The notes under the pieces are model-generated. The model had not been told where the DNA came from and did no database searches. It saw nothing but the letters and a program-made list of their open reading frames with translations. Shown here piece after piece: positions 37,625 through 54,752 of a stretch of 64,000 bases of DNA (position 1 is the stretch's first letter; each line of letters begins with the position of its first letter). This DNA comes from the human T2T-CHM13v2.0 reference genome, Homo sapiens, in the NCBI RefSeq assembly GCF_009914755.1, contig NC_060926.1; one strand, given 5' to 3'. The position numbers and the translations under genes are program-made.

Positions 37625-37859
37625 TCATATATGAAGCTGTCAAGGTTGGGATGAATCCTGCAGTGCCACACTGCGTCAGAGACATACACACTGAGCGACA
37701 GGATCAGCTTTGGAGCAAAAGGGATGAGGTTTACAAAAAAGGTACTGTTCATGAACGTAAGCAGAGAAGCCACCTTTATGATAGGTTTCTGAGCAAATAT
37801 ATTAAGCTTTGAAATTTAATGACATAAAACCTGGATTTGTCACAACATATCTGCATTAT

Positions 37860-38040
37860 GAATTGATGCTGGCAATTACCAGATAGTATCACTGGAAGGT
37901 TTTCAACTAATAGACAACTACATCACAGCTGCCACCTGCTTGACAGCGATTATAGAATGCCATCCCAATATAAGATGCAATCTGATTTTAGATAATGTTA
38001 AGATGTAAGGAGGGAAACATGTTTAGAATTAATGAAATGG
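37860..38040. mobile_element. TcMar-Tc2 (MER104/Kanga-like) fragment
   Basis: 'gccatcc...taagatgcaatctgattttaga...ttagaattaatgaaat' resembles a Tc2 terminus. Confidence 0.5.
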
Positions 38041-38070
38041 GGGGCACTGTATTAAAAATATATCCAAAAA

Positions 38071-38355
38071 GGCCGGGCATGGTGGCTCACGCCTGTAATC
38101 CCAGCACTTTGGGAGGCCAGGGCGGGTGGATCACAAGGTCAGAAGTTCAAGACCAGCCTGGCCAAGATGGTGAAACCCTGTCTCTACTAAAAATACAAAA
38201 ATTAGCCAGGCATGGTGGCAGGCACCTGTAATCCCAGCTACTCGGGAGGCTGAGGCAGAGAATTGCTTGAACCCAGGAGGCAGAGGTTGCAGTGAGCCGA
38301 GACCGTGCCACTGCCCTCCAGCCTGGGCGATAGAGCAAGACTCCGTCTCAAAAAA

Positions 38356-38402
<47 letters not shown>
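38071..38402 (+). mobile_element. AluS with poly-A and (AT)n tail
   Basis: TSD atat(a/c)tccaaaaa. Confidence 0.95.
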
Positions 38403-38405
<3 letters not shown>

Positions 38406-38409
38406 CAAA

Positions 38410-39680
38410 AATCCAACCAGCTCTCCCTACTTCCAGTCTCATCTCTCTGGTCCAAACCCACATCATCTCTTTCCTGGATTATTACAGTAGTCTCCTAACA
38501 GATCTCCCTGCTTCTGTCCTTAACATCCTCTCCTCTTCTCTCCCAAATCTATTCTCAGGAGGGCATCTAGAGTCAGAGCATGTTATTTCTGCAAAGTCCT
38601 CAGTGGCTTCCCGTCTCACCCAGAGAAAAAGTTCATGTTCTTGCAGTGGCTACAGGGCCCTGCAAGACCTGGTGCCTCATTAGCTCTCTGTCTCCATCAC
38701 CCCTGCCCCTCTCCCTTTGCTTGCTCCACTCTAGACAAACGGACTTCCACCTCCTGAAATTTTTACCTCTTGTACCCTCTGATTGACCTGCTCTTCTCTT
38801 GGGTAGCTGCAAGTCTCAATTTCTGAAGTGTTTCACCAAATGCCACCTTTACAATGAAGCCTCGTTTGCCTGCCTTTGACTCAAATTGCTATCACACTTG
38901 TACTCCCTAACTCTCATTTACTCCCTATCTGCCTTCCCAGCTTGCTTGCTTATTTATTTATTTACCTTTTTTGTCAGCACTTACCACTAATATAGCATAT
39001 ATTTGGCTTGAATATTTATTATCTAGAATGTTAGTGAGGAGTCTGGCTTTTGCTTAAGCCAAATGTGTGATCTTTCAGACCTGACTACAGGCAATTACGA
39101 AGGCCTTACCTGGCAGACCTCATACAGAAAGCTGCTGCTCTCTGAGAGACATTTGGTGCACAGCCAGTGGGTCACGGTCTCTGAAGGAAGTTGCAGTCAA
39201 GGACTCAGGCTCTCCCGGTCAGTCATGCTTTTCCTATGTTTACATTCCTGGCCCCAGAGTCTTCATTGCTAGTCTCTGGCAGACCTTGGGTAGACGTCCT
39301 TTTCAGATGCCTTTGCCAAGACCTCCTTATGCGGGGAGGAGGGAGACCTTGATGATACATTCCCCTACTCTGACTCATCACCCAGGACTTGTCCACTCCA
39401 AGCTCTCGCCGCTGCCCTCCTGCTTCAGGGTCCATAAAACTGCTTTAAGCTCTTGCTTTTACCATTGCCGTGAGTGATTAAAGGCTCGGTTCTTTTATCT
39501 CTGGCTTGTTGCTGTAACCGGCTACTCTGAGAGCTCTCTCTCTCCCAGCTCAGCTGAGCTCCTGACAATTCACTTCACAAGGGTCAGGGTTTGCTCTTTG
39601 TTTTCACTGCTGTATCTCCAGCACCTAGAAAAATATCTGGCACATATCAGGTGTTCAGCAATTTGTTGAATGAATTAGTA
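38410..39680 (+). mobile_element. L2 3' region split by an LTR
   Basis: 3' end 'gtatctccagcacctagaa...tggcacata...tttgttgaatgaat'. Confidence 0.8.
39029..39567 (+). mobile_element. Old ERV1-type solo LTR (MER89/MER90-like; subfamily uncertain)
   Basis: TG...CA ends inside L2; TATA-like 'cataaaa' and polyA-like 'attaaa'; ends 'ctcagctgagctcctgaca'. Confidence 0.65.
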
Positions 39681-39839
39681 AGTGTCTGTTCAATTAATAT
39701 AATTAATTAATTCTTGGAATAGATGCCTTGTTTTAAAATTTTATTACATATTGTTAAACCGACGTATTATACACAATGTGAAAGGAGTTATTACAATAGA
39801 TTAAAGTTTCAAACAATTCTGATATTTTCATTGCCCATA

Positions 39840-40207
39840 TGCCTTAGCTTGGGCTGCTTATAACAAAGTCCCATAAACTGGTGGCTTATAAACAGGAGGC
39901 ATTTCTTAGAGTTCTGCAGGTTGCCAGTTTGAGATCAGGGTCCCAGCATGGTTGGGTTCTGGTGCGGACCCTCTTCTGGGCTGCACATGACTACTGTCTT
40001 GTTGTGTCCTCACATGGCAGAAATAGGACAAGCTAGCTTTCTGGAGTCTCTTTTATAAGGTCATTAATCCCTCCATGAGGGCTCTACCCTCATGACCTAA
40101 TTACCTCCCAAAAGCCCCATTTTCTATAACACTGGGGGTTAGGATTTCAACCTATGAGTTTTTTGAGGGGGATTGGTGGGGGGACAAAAACATTCAGCTC
40201 CATTGCA
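39840..40207 (-). mobile_element. MLT1A/A0 LTR
   Basis: 'gggctgcttataacaaagtcccataaactgg'; 'ctcatgacctaattacctcccaaa'. Confidence 0.85.
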
Positions 40208-40383
40208 GCTCACAACTTTGTTTCTTCTTCCAGCCATATAGTTACAGCTAAAAGGGCCATGTTTTCTAAACTGGAAAACAAAAACAAAAACAAAAACAAA
40301 AACAAAAACAGAATAGATACAATTTTGTTTGGTGTAGCCAACAGGAAGAAGCCTTGTGAATTAATATTCAAAAGGAGAAGGGG

Positions 40384-40686
40384 GGCCGGGTGCAGTGGCT
40401 CACAACTGTAATCCCAGCACTTCGGGAGGCTGAGGCGGGTGGATCACCTGGGGTCAGGAGTTCAAGACCAGCCTGGCCAATATGATGAAACCTCATTTCT
40501 ACTAAAAACACAAAAATTAGCCAGGTATGGTGGTGCACGCCTGTAATCCCAGCTACTCGGGAGGTTGAGGCAGATGATTTCAGCCCAGGAGGCAGGGGTT
40601 TCAGTGAGCCAAGACTGTGCCACTGCACTCCAGCCTGGGTGACAGAGCAAGACTCCGTCTCAAAAGAAAAAAAAAGAGAGAGAGAG
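40384..40686 (+). mobile_element. AluS
   Basis: TSD gagaagggg. Confidence 0.95.
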
Positions 40687-41305
40687 AAGGGGTAAGATCC
40701 TGGATCTTAGGTCCTAGAGTTCCATTTGTCACTAGGTTGTCATTTGAAGGATCTATACTAACAGAAACAAAATCCAGTGTGCAAGTGGCTTTTCTTTAAG
40801 GGTTTCAAAATATCAACGGAGAAACGGAAAGCAAATTACAGAAAAATTTCTGGGGAAACTAGAGACATTTGTAATATTGTAAGCTTTCAACCCATCATTA
40901 TCATTGTTACAGTTCAAGAGCTGCATGTATTGGGAATGCACTCTTGCACTGTGTATGTAAGAGCAAGGAAACAAATACTGACAGACTCAAGAGCCTTTCA
41001 CTTCTTCCAAGAAGTTCCTGGGCTGCCCTAAAGCTCAGACTATCCTAGCCCAGAGGAATTCAGTCCCAGGAGAAGTTCCTAAAGGACACTATAAAGTGAA
41101 GGACTCCTGGATTGATGTGCCCTAATGAAGCCTTTGTGTATTATTGGTGCATCATTCCCACAAGTCCCCTCCCTCTAAACGCAGCTTCTTCCTACCTTAC
41201 CTTTCCTCGCGTTGGAGCGGCCTGGTAAGGGATTGTCTGACAAGACCTGTGTTAGTCTGCAGTCTGGGTGAGTGAGAAAGAAACAGGATTTGACAATGGC
41301 CATAC

Positions 41306-42071
<766 letters not shown>

Positions 42072-42107
42072 TTGAACTTGTTTACTCAGTATTCCATAAT
42101 GTTTTCT

Positions 42108-42163
42108 TTCCCCTTCCTTCCTTCCTTCCTTCCTTCCTTCCTTCCTTCCTTCCTTCCTTCCTC

Positions 42164-42226
<63 letters not shown>

Positions 42227-42230
42227 TCCT

Positions 42231-42276
<46 letters not shown>
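42108..42276. repeat. (TTCC)12 plus (TTTC)n microsatellite forming an Alu tail
   Basis: Directly visible; lies inside TSD cataatgttttct. Confidence 0.98.
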
Positions 42277-42561
<285 letters not shown>

Positions 42562-43119
42562 TAATGTTTTCTACTAAGCCAATAAACTAAATCATAGGAA
42601 GTGATTGAACAAAAATGGCTTAAAGCACTGCCTCCTCCAGGGCACTCAGTGGTCTGTATTCCTACCAGCTTCAAATGTAGCCAATTAAAATTGCAATGGT
42701 GGACAATAGGCTTCTCCTGCTTTCTCTTATCCTGTCTGTAGCTGACCTCATCTGCCCCCTCTTGCTGACTTGCCACTGGAGGAATAATTGTACTACATGC
42801 TTGGACTGACCCATGAGTGAAGGACCAAGGGCCAGGTTGACTGGCATCTTACCTGTTCTGCAGGAACTCAAAATCCAACCTATTACAAAAGTTGAGTGGA
42901 GTTGCTGGGTGAAGCACTCTGGATCTGTTTATCACCTCACTGCACAACACTTGGACCTGAGATAAGTCCCATGACAATTGTGCTGTCATCAGAAGATTAA
43001 TTTATCTCAGACATGTCAGAAAAGGGGTTGCTCAGGTGACCTAAAAGTTCATTCGCTCTACAGCTGGAAACTTCATCTTATGTGAGGTGGGATTTTGTTT
43101 GATTTTATTTAGCTATAAG

Positions 43120-43285
43120 GAAGACAGCTTGAATACACGTTTCTCCAAAAAAGACATACAAGTGGTCAGCAAGCATGTAAAAGGATGCTCATCATCAGTG
43201 GTCATCAGGGAAATGCAAATCAAAACCACAGTGGGGCACCACTGCAAACCAATAGGATTTCTAAAATTGAAAAAAAAAAAAAAAC
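43120..43285 (+). mobile_element. L1M ORF2 fragment
   Basis: 'FSKKDIQVVSKHVKGCSSSVVIREMQIKTT' is ORF2-like. Confidence 0.8.
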
Positions 43286-44137
43286 TGGGAAAATAGTCCC
43301 AAGTCCCTCTGGGGAATCCCCACAGTGCCAGGCAAATTGAGATGATTGCTCACCCGAGGGCCACCGATAAAGCAAATGGACCGTGGAGAGCTGCTGTTTG
43401 TATTGATTCCTGTAACCAAAAGGCCACGGCGGGCAGAAGTGATTACAATCTCTTCTGCCATAGGAAATAGATTTCTATGTCTTCCCCTGGTGTCCTGGGG
43501 CTCAATGCTGCCTTTACCCACCTTGGAAGAGTTACCAGAGTCCAGAAACAATTCATGACAATAAATCATAATTCAGGTTTAAAAGCACCAGAAAACACAT
43601 CCCACTGGTGAAATTCTGTCTCACCCAAATATTAGCACCATGCTGGAAATTTACAGCAAAATTTAGAGTATATCGTACTGAAGACAAGCCAGGAAGAAAA
43701 AGAAAAAGAAAAAATATAAAATATAAATAGAATTCCTGCCAACAAGCAGAGATTAAGTAAATCATAAATTCTAACCTGAAATTAAAACTATTGATAAAAA
43801 GTGTTCACGAGAGATGAAGACTTTCAAGATTCTATGTGCTTCCCCGGCTAAAAAATGTCCTAGAATCTTAATCACAGCTCTCTGAAACATCCATTTAATA
43901 AAATTTATAAATATACCCAACCTCAAATCCGATCTATCAGAATAAGCAATATAATATTAAAGGATTGTCATTTTATCCATCAAAACTAAATTACTTGTGT
44001 TCCACAGGGAAGATATAACATCCATTTATAATCAGCTACCAATGCTTTTGAAAATACATATTTTCTTTTACAATGAGATACATTAATGTTTTGAGTTTGG
44101 GGAACCCCAGAGACAATGACCATCAGAAAGTAGGTCC

Positions 44138-44365
44138 AAGCCCAGGCGATATAGGGAGACCCCATCTCAACAAAAAATTCAATAATTAGCCAGGCATGGT
44201 GGTGCATGCCTGTAGTCCCAGCTACTCAGGAGGCTGAGGTGGGGCCCAGGAGGTCAAGGCTGCAGTGGCCTGTAATGGTGTCACTACGCTCTAGCCTGGG
44301 TGACAGAGTGAGACCCAGCCCCTCCCCACCCTCACTTCCCCCAAAAAAGAAAAAGGAAAAGAAAA
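44138..44365 (+). mobile_element. 5'-truncated AluJ
   Basis: End of left arm plus right arm. Confidence 0.88.
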
Positions 44366-44805
44366 TTCCTTCTCCAGGAATTTTATTCAGGCTCCTACAT
44401 TCTATCCAAGAAACTATAAAGGAAGTGAACAAATAGTAGTAGCAAAGCTTTATGCAAAAGAAGTTACATCTCAATAGCAATACCAATGATGTGGGCCTAC
44501 CCTGACAGTTCCTTAGCTTCTGTGTAGCTCATCCAAGTGATGTCTTACCATCAGCAGAACCAGACGGTTTTATAAAAATAAACTGATATGCAGACCTTTT
44601 CTCCAGGATTCATGCAAAGAAGATAATTACAATTTAAGATGAGCTGCCAAACTCTTCCTCTTCACATGATGAGCTTGTGATTTCTTAGCTGTTGCACATA
44701 AAAAAGACATTTGACCAAAAATGACTCAATTTGTTATATACTCTATAAATTTTTTTAAAAGACACCCCCTTTTTCTTCCTCCCTTCCTATCTTTATCTAT
44801 ATACC

Positions 44806-44806
<1 letters not shown>

Positions 44807-44866
<60 letters not shown>
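44807..44866. repeat. (TCTA)15 tetranucleotide STR
   Basis: Directly visible. Confidence 0.97.
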
Positions 44867-44867
<1 letters not shown>

Positions 44868-45394
44868 GTATCCTGACTTTCTACAAGAGAGAGAAAAATA
44901 GAGAGAGCCAGACAGTTTTACAATTGGCAGATGCCAAAGGCATTTTATGGCTTTGGAAGTCAAACACGTTTGTTACTCAGTTGATAGATTCCACATGACA
45001 ATCATAGGATGAGTTGGTTGTTTTTTCCAAGGCGTCACTACATCATGCTTCTCCTCTTGCTTAAAACTGCTCAGCGTCAGTGGTGTCCCATTCCTCAGCA
45101 ATACACTTCTTTGTCATTAACTTAAAGCCAAATTCCATACTACTTCTATAATGAAACCTAAAAGAAAATCTTGGATTTCAGTGCATCCTGTTAAACTTCA
45201 TTTGGTAAATGAAGGAGGCAGCTGCTGAGGAAAGCAGATGAGAAGAGGACGTGGGCTTCTATCATCTGCTACCACAACACCTGAGGCTGGTACGCCTGTC
45301 CTCAGGCCCAGGGCCCTCTTTCATTAAGCCGAAATAATAGGACTGCCTCTTTCCCTCTCACGTCCCTCTATTCAGGTTGTCTTTTAAGGACTTT

Positions 45395-45668
45395 TCCTCG
45401 CTCTGTTGCCCAGACTGGAGTGCAGTGGTGCAATCTTAGCTCATTGTAACCTCTGCTTCCCATGTTGAAGCAATTCTCATAGCTCACCCTCCCAAATAGC
45501 TGGGATTACAGGGGTGCACCACCGTGCCCAGATAATTTTTGTATTTTTAGTAGAGACAGGGTTTCACCACGTTGGCCAGGCTGGTCTTGAACTCCTGACC
45601 TCAGGTGATCCACCTGCTTTGGCCTCCCAAAGTGCTGGGATTACAGGCGTGAACCACTGCACCTGGCC
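45395..45668 (-). mobile_element. AluS lacking tail
   Basis: Antisense dimer beginning at 'ctcgctctgttgccc'. Confidence 0.93.
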
Positions 45669-46452
45669 AGATAAAGCTATTATTACCCAGATATAGTTTT
45701 ATTTGATCCAGCTTCTCACAGCTTCGGAAACAGTACAGGATCCTGCTTTCCTTGAAAATAGATGCCTTTGAACCATCCACGTCCTAGGATAGATGTCACA
45801 CTACATAATTGTAGTAACTACAAATTCAAAAATAGTTTAAGGTGCAAGAAGGCCTTGCGTGTTCCTCCCACCTTACTTTGGGCTTAAATGGATCAACTTT
45901 CCATTGTTTCAACTGTGAGTTTTTCAATGCAGGGAAAGAAGTTCCTCTCCTCAGGAAGGGAAAGTGTGGGAATACTTCCGGGGAGGAGTGCCATGTCTCG
46001 TTGAAGAGTAGGGAGAAGGAACAGAGCGTGCTCAGCTGAGTCCCTTTGCTGTATTCTGTTTCTCTGTCCTGCCTCTCCTCAAGAACCCCTCCTTCTGAAT
46101 CTCCATGAAGTAATACGCTTTTTATATCAGGATCTGGCCCTACAGTGGAGAGACCTAAAGTTTGGGATGGGTTGGATCAATTTAGAGGGAAGTTATTAGG
46201 GAACCCGATTTTGTCTAATGTCTATGCTTTATTCTCCAAACTAGCCCTTTCAGTAATAGAACTGGGCTTTCTTTTTTCTCCAAGCTGCCTGATTTTTCTG
46301 TTCACTTCTGAAGTGGCTTTTAAGTCAAAGGATTGATAGGAAATTATTACTTCTATAGAAACAAAAAATCCCCAAATCCTAATGGCTAAAACAACAAAGA
46401 TTTATTTCTCACTCCTGATACATGCTCACTGGGGGTCTGATCATGTGTTTGA

Positions 46453-46790
<338 letters not shown>

Positions 46791-47549
46791 CTTTTTTTTT
46801 TTTTTTTTCTTAAGAGTTCTTAAAGACCAATTTCAAGTATTAGCACCACTGAGTAAGACTTTATTAGAAAATAGAACTAGAAACAATTTTCAGATTTGAA
46901 TCCTGGGATGTAATTACAAGGACTGTGCCAGAGTAGTGTTTTTAAACTCAACGCTTTCTATCAGGGAACCACATTTATAATAAACAGCAAAAAGAATTAT
47001 CATCGACAACTGAATAGGCCTTTTCACATCCCCCAGATCTGCTGAGAATTATTTTTGGGAATACTTAATTCAGAGCTTTTCTTTCAGGGTGTTGGCACTT
47101 TCCCTTTTTGGATATGAGTTATACAAGACTAACCTCTATTATTTCTGGATTACATGTCAGTGATGGAAAATGAATTGAGTGCTTTGAGGGGGAAAGAAAT
47201 CATTACCAGAAAGATGAATAGACCGATTGTACTGGATTACTAAAAGTCAGGGCTCTGGAAAGATCTTTGGTTTGATTTTCCGGGAAACGTATCTTCTTGG
47301 ATACTCTTCAGAGTTGTGATAAATTCCTCCAGCAGCAGGTGGGAGGTAGGCCTATTCATACCACACTTTCTCCTGGCCCTGGGCTTCCTAGGCTGACTTC
47401 AAAGAGAGGCCTTTTCTTTGGTATGTGGTGTTTAAAGAAAAAAACTGCTTTGAACTCTCAGATTTCAGGCATTTGGGAGACAGTCAATAGCCAGCCAGAT
47501 TTACATGTTTATCACTTTTGCCATAGGATGCAGAAAATTTTTTTTCCCT

Positions 47550-48750
47550 CACTCAGTGAACAATGGTATTTATCTGCTCCATAGGTATATACTATGTGCC
47601 AGGTAGTACTGTGTACTGATGATACAACAATGATCAAGTCTGATACAGTTCTTACCTAACAGAGCTCTCAGTTATGGAGAGGGAGATGGATCTAGACAGG
47701 TAAACAGCTTACAATTCAGGGTGAGAAATACCATGATAAGGACATACCAGATGCTGTGGGAATCATACAGATAACAGAAAACCAAACACCACATGTTCTC
47801 ACTCATAAATGGGAGTTGAACAATGAGAACACATGGACATAGGGAGAGAAACACCACATACCAGGGCCTAATGGTGGGTGGGGGGCTGGGGGAGGGACAG
47901 CATTAGGATACCTAATGTAGATGATGGGTTGATGAGTTCAGCAAACCACCATGGCATGTGTATACCTGTGTAACAAACCTGCACGTTCTGCACATGTATC
48001 CCAGAACTTAAAGTATAATAAAAGGAAAAAAAGAAAAGAAAAGAAAAGGAGATCAGAGAAGACTTTCTTAAAGAAATGACTTGTAATTTTGATCTCAGGG
48101 ATCGTAAGTCATAACTAGAGGAAGAGAGGGTGAGCAAAGGCCCTGAGAGTGGAGAGAGCATGGCATATTTGAAGGACTGAGGGTAGAAAGTATGTCTGTA
48201 GGTGAAGGGAAAAGACACATTTTTTAGGGAATTGTTGAACAGGAAAGGAATAAGGTGTGAAGTTGTGCAAGGTCCTGGAATGTCTAGAAACACCTGTTAG
48301 GACTTGTGGCCTCTATCCTCAGGGAAAGTCACTGAATGGTTTTTAGCAGATAGGATGCATAATTGAATGTATGTTTCTGGAGACCACTTTGATTGTTTTA
48401 TTGCAAATGGATTAGAAGAGACAAAGTCTGGAGACGGGAGTTGGAAAGACCAATGAGGCATCCAGGTGAGAGATGGTGGTAGCCTGAGATTATGTATTGG
48501 TGGTGGAAGGCACAGACTGGGTGGATTTGAGAAAAGCTTAAAGGTGGAATTGACAAGACTTGGTGACAGACGTGATATGGATGGTTTAGGAAAGGGAGGA
48601 ATCTAGCGTAATACTGAAAAGGCTCAAGGTTCTGGGTTGGCAGTGAGATCATTTAGTGAGGCAGGAAACCCAGGAGAAAGAGCAGTCTTGGAGGTTAAGA
48701 TCATGAATTCAGTTTGGCGCATGTTGATTTGAGGTATTTAGTAGATACTG
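47550..48750 (-). mobile_element. L2 split by an L1PA 3' end
   Basis: Antisense L2 motifs 'tactatgtgccagg' and 'catgaattcagtttggcgcatgttgatttgagg'. Confidence 0.75.
47772..48047 (+). mobile_element. L1PA (L1PA7-like) 3' end
   Basis: 'acctgcacgttctgcacatgtatcccagaacttaaagtataataaaa' plus A tail. Confidence 0.92.
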
Positions 48751-48789
48751 TTGATGACCCATTCATATCCCCTTGACCAACCATTGAAG

Positions 48790-48980
48790 CGAGAGGCAAA
48801 ATTGCCCAGTGGCTGAAACAACAGGCTATGGATACAGTCAATGCATGTTATAAATCCTAGTTCTTTCAATTAACTAGCTGTGGGTCATGGTACAACTTCT
48901 CTTATCTGTTTCCTCCTCTCTAAATTGCAGACAGTCACTATGTCATGGGGTTGCTATACATATTAAATACCTGTAACTTA
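48790..48980 (+). mobile_element. MIR
   Basis: 'aaatcctagttct...taactagctgtg...tctgtttcctcctctctaaatt'. Confidence 0.6.
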
Positions 48981-49147
48981 TAATATAATTTCCCATGTAA
49001 ACTCCATCATCAAGCAACATCTGAACTCTGCATGGGGGAAGGCTCTTCTCTCCTTGTCCACTAAGCACTTGATATTTGTGTTTGTAATTATATTACAGGT
49101 ATTTTCATATCAGTATTGTCTTTATTGACATAAGCCCTCAGCAGTAG

Positions 49148-50030
49148 TGTATTAGTTTCCTACTGCTGCTGCAACAAATTAGCACAAACTTGTTGACATA
49201 AACCAACACAAATTTATTACCCTGTAGTTCTGGAGGTCAGAAGTTTGAACTGGGTCTCATGGAGCTAAAATCAAGGTGTTGGCAGGACTACATTCCTTCT
49301 GGAGGCTCTGGGGGAGAATCTGTGTTTTTTGCCTTTTTCTATTCCAATTTCTGCATTCCTTAGCTTGTGGCTCTTTTCCTCCATCTTCAAAGACAGCAGG
49401 TAGCATCTTCAAATCTCTTTCTGCCTCACTCTTTGGGCTCCCTCTTCTACTAAAAGGATCCTTGTGATTACACTGGGCCCATGCAGATAATCCAGGATAA
49501 TCTCCTTATCTTAAAGTCAGCTCATTAGGAACCTTAATTCCATGTGCAACCTTAATTCCTCCTCGCTACGTGTGTTAGTCCATTTGCATTGCTATAAAGG
49601 AATACCTGAGACTGGTTAATTTATAAAGAAAAGAGGTTTATTTGGGCTCTGCAGGTTGTACAGGAAGCATGGTGTAGGCATTGGTTTCTGGTGAGGGCCT
49701 CAGGAAGCTTCCAATCATGGCAGAAGGTAAAGGGGTGCAGGAGTGTCACATGGCAAGACAGAGAGGGAGCAAGAGAGGAAGGGGAGGTGCCAGGCTCTTT
49801 TAAACAACCAGCTCTCACAGAAACTACCAGAATGAGAGCTCACTCATTACCATGGGGTGGGTACCAAACCATTCATAAGGAATCAGCCCCTATAATTCAA
49901 ACATCTTCCACCAGACCCCACCTCCAACACTGGGGATCACATTTCAATATGAGATTTGGAGAGGACAGGCATCCAAACTACATCACTATGCAACATAACA
50001 TACTCATAGGCTCTGGGGACTTATGGATTC
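49148..50030 (-). mobile_element. MLT1C/D LTR split by MST
   Basis: 'tgtattagtttcctactgctgctgcaacaaatt'; resumes after MST. Confidence 0.85.
49571..49985 (-). mobile_element. MSTA/B solo LTR
   Basis: TG...CA ends; TSD ctacg/ctatg. Confidence 0.9.
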
Positions 50031-51096
50031 TTTTTTATTCATAGCTCCATTTTTCATACTGTCTTATCATTGCGTTGTGTCAAACTCTTCTAGGACTAAC
50101 ATTTCCAAATCTTGTGATATTCTTGTACGTAATACATGTTGTGCAATAAAAGTATATCTGGCCTGAAAGCAATAGTGATGATTTTTATTTTATTATTCAT
50201 AAGTTATATAAGAAACACAGAACTCAAACTTTCAAGTGATATACTAAATATGTGGTAGAAAATAAATATCCATAGGACATTTTCCCCAGTCTTCCTAACA
50301 GTGACAAGATAGCAGCTGGAAGATTATGAGAAAGCAATAAATATTAAACACCAATGGAAACAGTGGCTGCCTAAAGGCACCCAGAGCACACGGTCGATCT
50401 TTACTAATGATTCTTCCCCAGACCTAAAGTTCTCTATTGGCACTACCCCTATAAAGCTTTAATGAGCTCTATTCCACTCTGATCTGGGAAGGGAAAAGTA
50501 AGAAAGGGAAGCAGAAATGTAGGTGTCACAAATATGAACAAAGACCCTGGAGTATGAGAAGGGCAGCCTCAGCCACCCACCCAACCATCCTCTAGTGCAA
50601 GAGGCCAATTCACACAGGGGCCACAGCCCAGGCTGCCAGGCTGACCTGTGCTAAAAGAGGCGTTCCCTGAAGGCTGCTGAATGGTCCCAGCTGGCCACAG
50701 CCTGAAACACTTCTTAATCTATCTGTCTCTAAGTAGAAAAGTCAAATAAAGTCATTAACATCTCTGCAATCTCTACAAGATTGATCGGCAGATTAGCAGA
50801 GGATCCAAGAGAATGGGACCCCAGCCTAGCAAAGAAGCAGGCAAAGTTCCCCAAAGGTATGTTGTAGGTAACCCTAGGCAGGGTAAAGGAACTGTGCACC
50901 AAAAGCATTTAAATAACTTCCTGGAACCCCCCACATCCTCATTTGCAGATACATAAAATTGGCATTAATGACCTATCACATGAAAATTGCTTCTACTTTC
51001 TGAATATGAATTAAGCATCAGACCTGGCACTAGGTACATGATAAGTATTATCACTAGTTCACTGGGTTCCTTTCAGCACCTACAATGAACAGAGAG

Positions 51097-51575
<479 letters not shown>

Positions 51576-52403
51576 AGTACCTTATACAGTCTTTTCCACA
51601 GATGGTTTCTTCCTCAGTGGGGGAGTGATTCAAATCATCAGCTCATCTTGTCCTACGACAAGTGGCTTTTTCTAGGTTTATTTGGGACAAATGCATAAAC
51701 TAAAAGCTATGCAAGAATATCAGCAAGGGAAATAATGAATGAGAGCTAGGTATATTGCTCCATTCTGGATCTCCAGAAAGGGTTAACTTTTGGCAATTTA
51801 GCTGAAATGTGGGAGAACAGATGTGTAATACTTTATATCAACAAATATTTATTTAGTGACATCGCCAGAAACAAAGATGGCTTCTGGTATTTCACACCTA
51901 GCCTTCGGGAAGGCCTGTTAGACTTGATTTTCCTCTCTGCCTTGGAGAGACACGAAGTTGCTAAGCTACCATGGGGAAGGCAACTTCTGCTGTAATTGCT
52001 TTCCCAGTTTTGGTGCTGCCCTAGAATCTTTGGTTCTCCACGTTTGCTGAGTCATCTTCACACTGGCACCTAGAACAATGACAACGAACTGTAAAAGCAT
52101 GTCACTGGGTACGTCATGACCATCCACCAAAGTCTAATTAGCTGGTGCTTTCACATGGGAGAGTACTTACTGTCTATAGCCACTGTGTTCTTGTAAAAAC
52201 AGGCTAGAATTACTCCCTTGCTCTTTCTGAAAGAAACAGGGAGAGGGTTAGGGTTATTGTGTTGAAAGAGAACAGGACAATTACGGCCACAAAATCAAAT
52301 CACAAGCAAAACCTCGTTGATACAACTCTATTTGGGGTTTTTTGTTTGCTTTTTAAACTTTTTATTTTAAATATTATTATGTAGTGGTTTTGAGTTTTTA
52401 AAT

Positions 52404-53285
<882 letters not shown>

Positions 53286-53337
53286 TTTTTTTGGTATTAA
53301 ACTTTTTATTTTAACTATTATTATATAGTAATTTTGA

Positions 53338-53625
<288 letters not shown>

Positions 53626-54403
53626 TGAAAAAGAAGAAATGGATCACGTGATAATCCTCATCCTATAAAAAGATAACCTTTAAGCTGGAAACAGATTTCT
53701 GAACATGCCATGTTTGTCTAACTTTCTCTGGCTTCCTGCCCCTTGTTCTTCTGCCTTTGGAGAAAAAAAATCAAATTATTTCTATATTTGGAGAATTGTT
53801 CAGTACAAGTTCCTTCTCCATCTGCTTGCACTGATGTTATTAAAAAATGTTCACTCTTTTCTATTGATTTCATATTGGCTCTCTAACATTCTACATAGTA
53901 TTTTTATTAATTAATTTTTTAAAGATAGGAATACTCATATTTTGCACAAAACACAAAGTGAAATACTGGAAATACTGAGGTAAGTCTCCCTTACCCTCTC
54001 TCTTCCAGCAACTCAGTTCCTTTCTGAGGCCAAAATTTTCTCAACTTTCTTAGGCATCATTAGAGAGCTATCCTATTAATTTACAAATATATACATATAC
54101 CAATGTATACAAATATATGTATATAAACATATACAGAAGTATACAAATATATGTGTATATGTGCATACAAAATATAGATAGGTGCATAATAAAATAAATG
54201 CATATACATACATACACATATACCTTTTCCCACACACAAATGGGGGCATATTCTACCGAATGTTCTATGCTTTACTTTTTTCTGTTAATAATAACCCTAT
54301 TCTTGGGATTCTTTCCAGAAAAGTACATTTATAGGAATCTATTGTGTCCATTTTACTATATTTTAAAAGTATATCATAATTTACTTAAAACCATCCCATT
54401 ACT

Positions 54404-54742
<339 letters not shown>

Positions 54743-54752
54743 TTACAATGTC

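Noticed and set aside
50780-50856. Possible 77-nt exon ending in AAG|GTATGT
   Set aside because: The acceptor is a weak AAG with a poor pyrimidine tract, and the peptide is unrecognisable.
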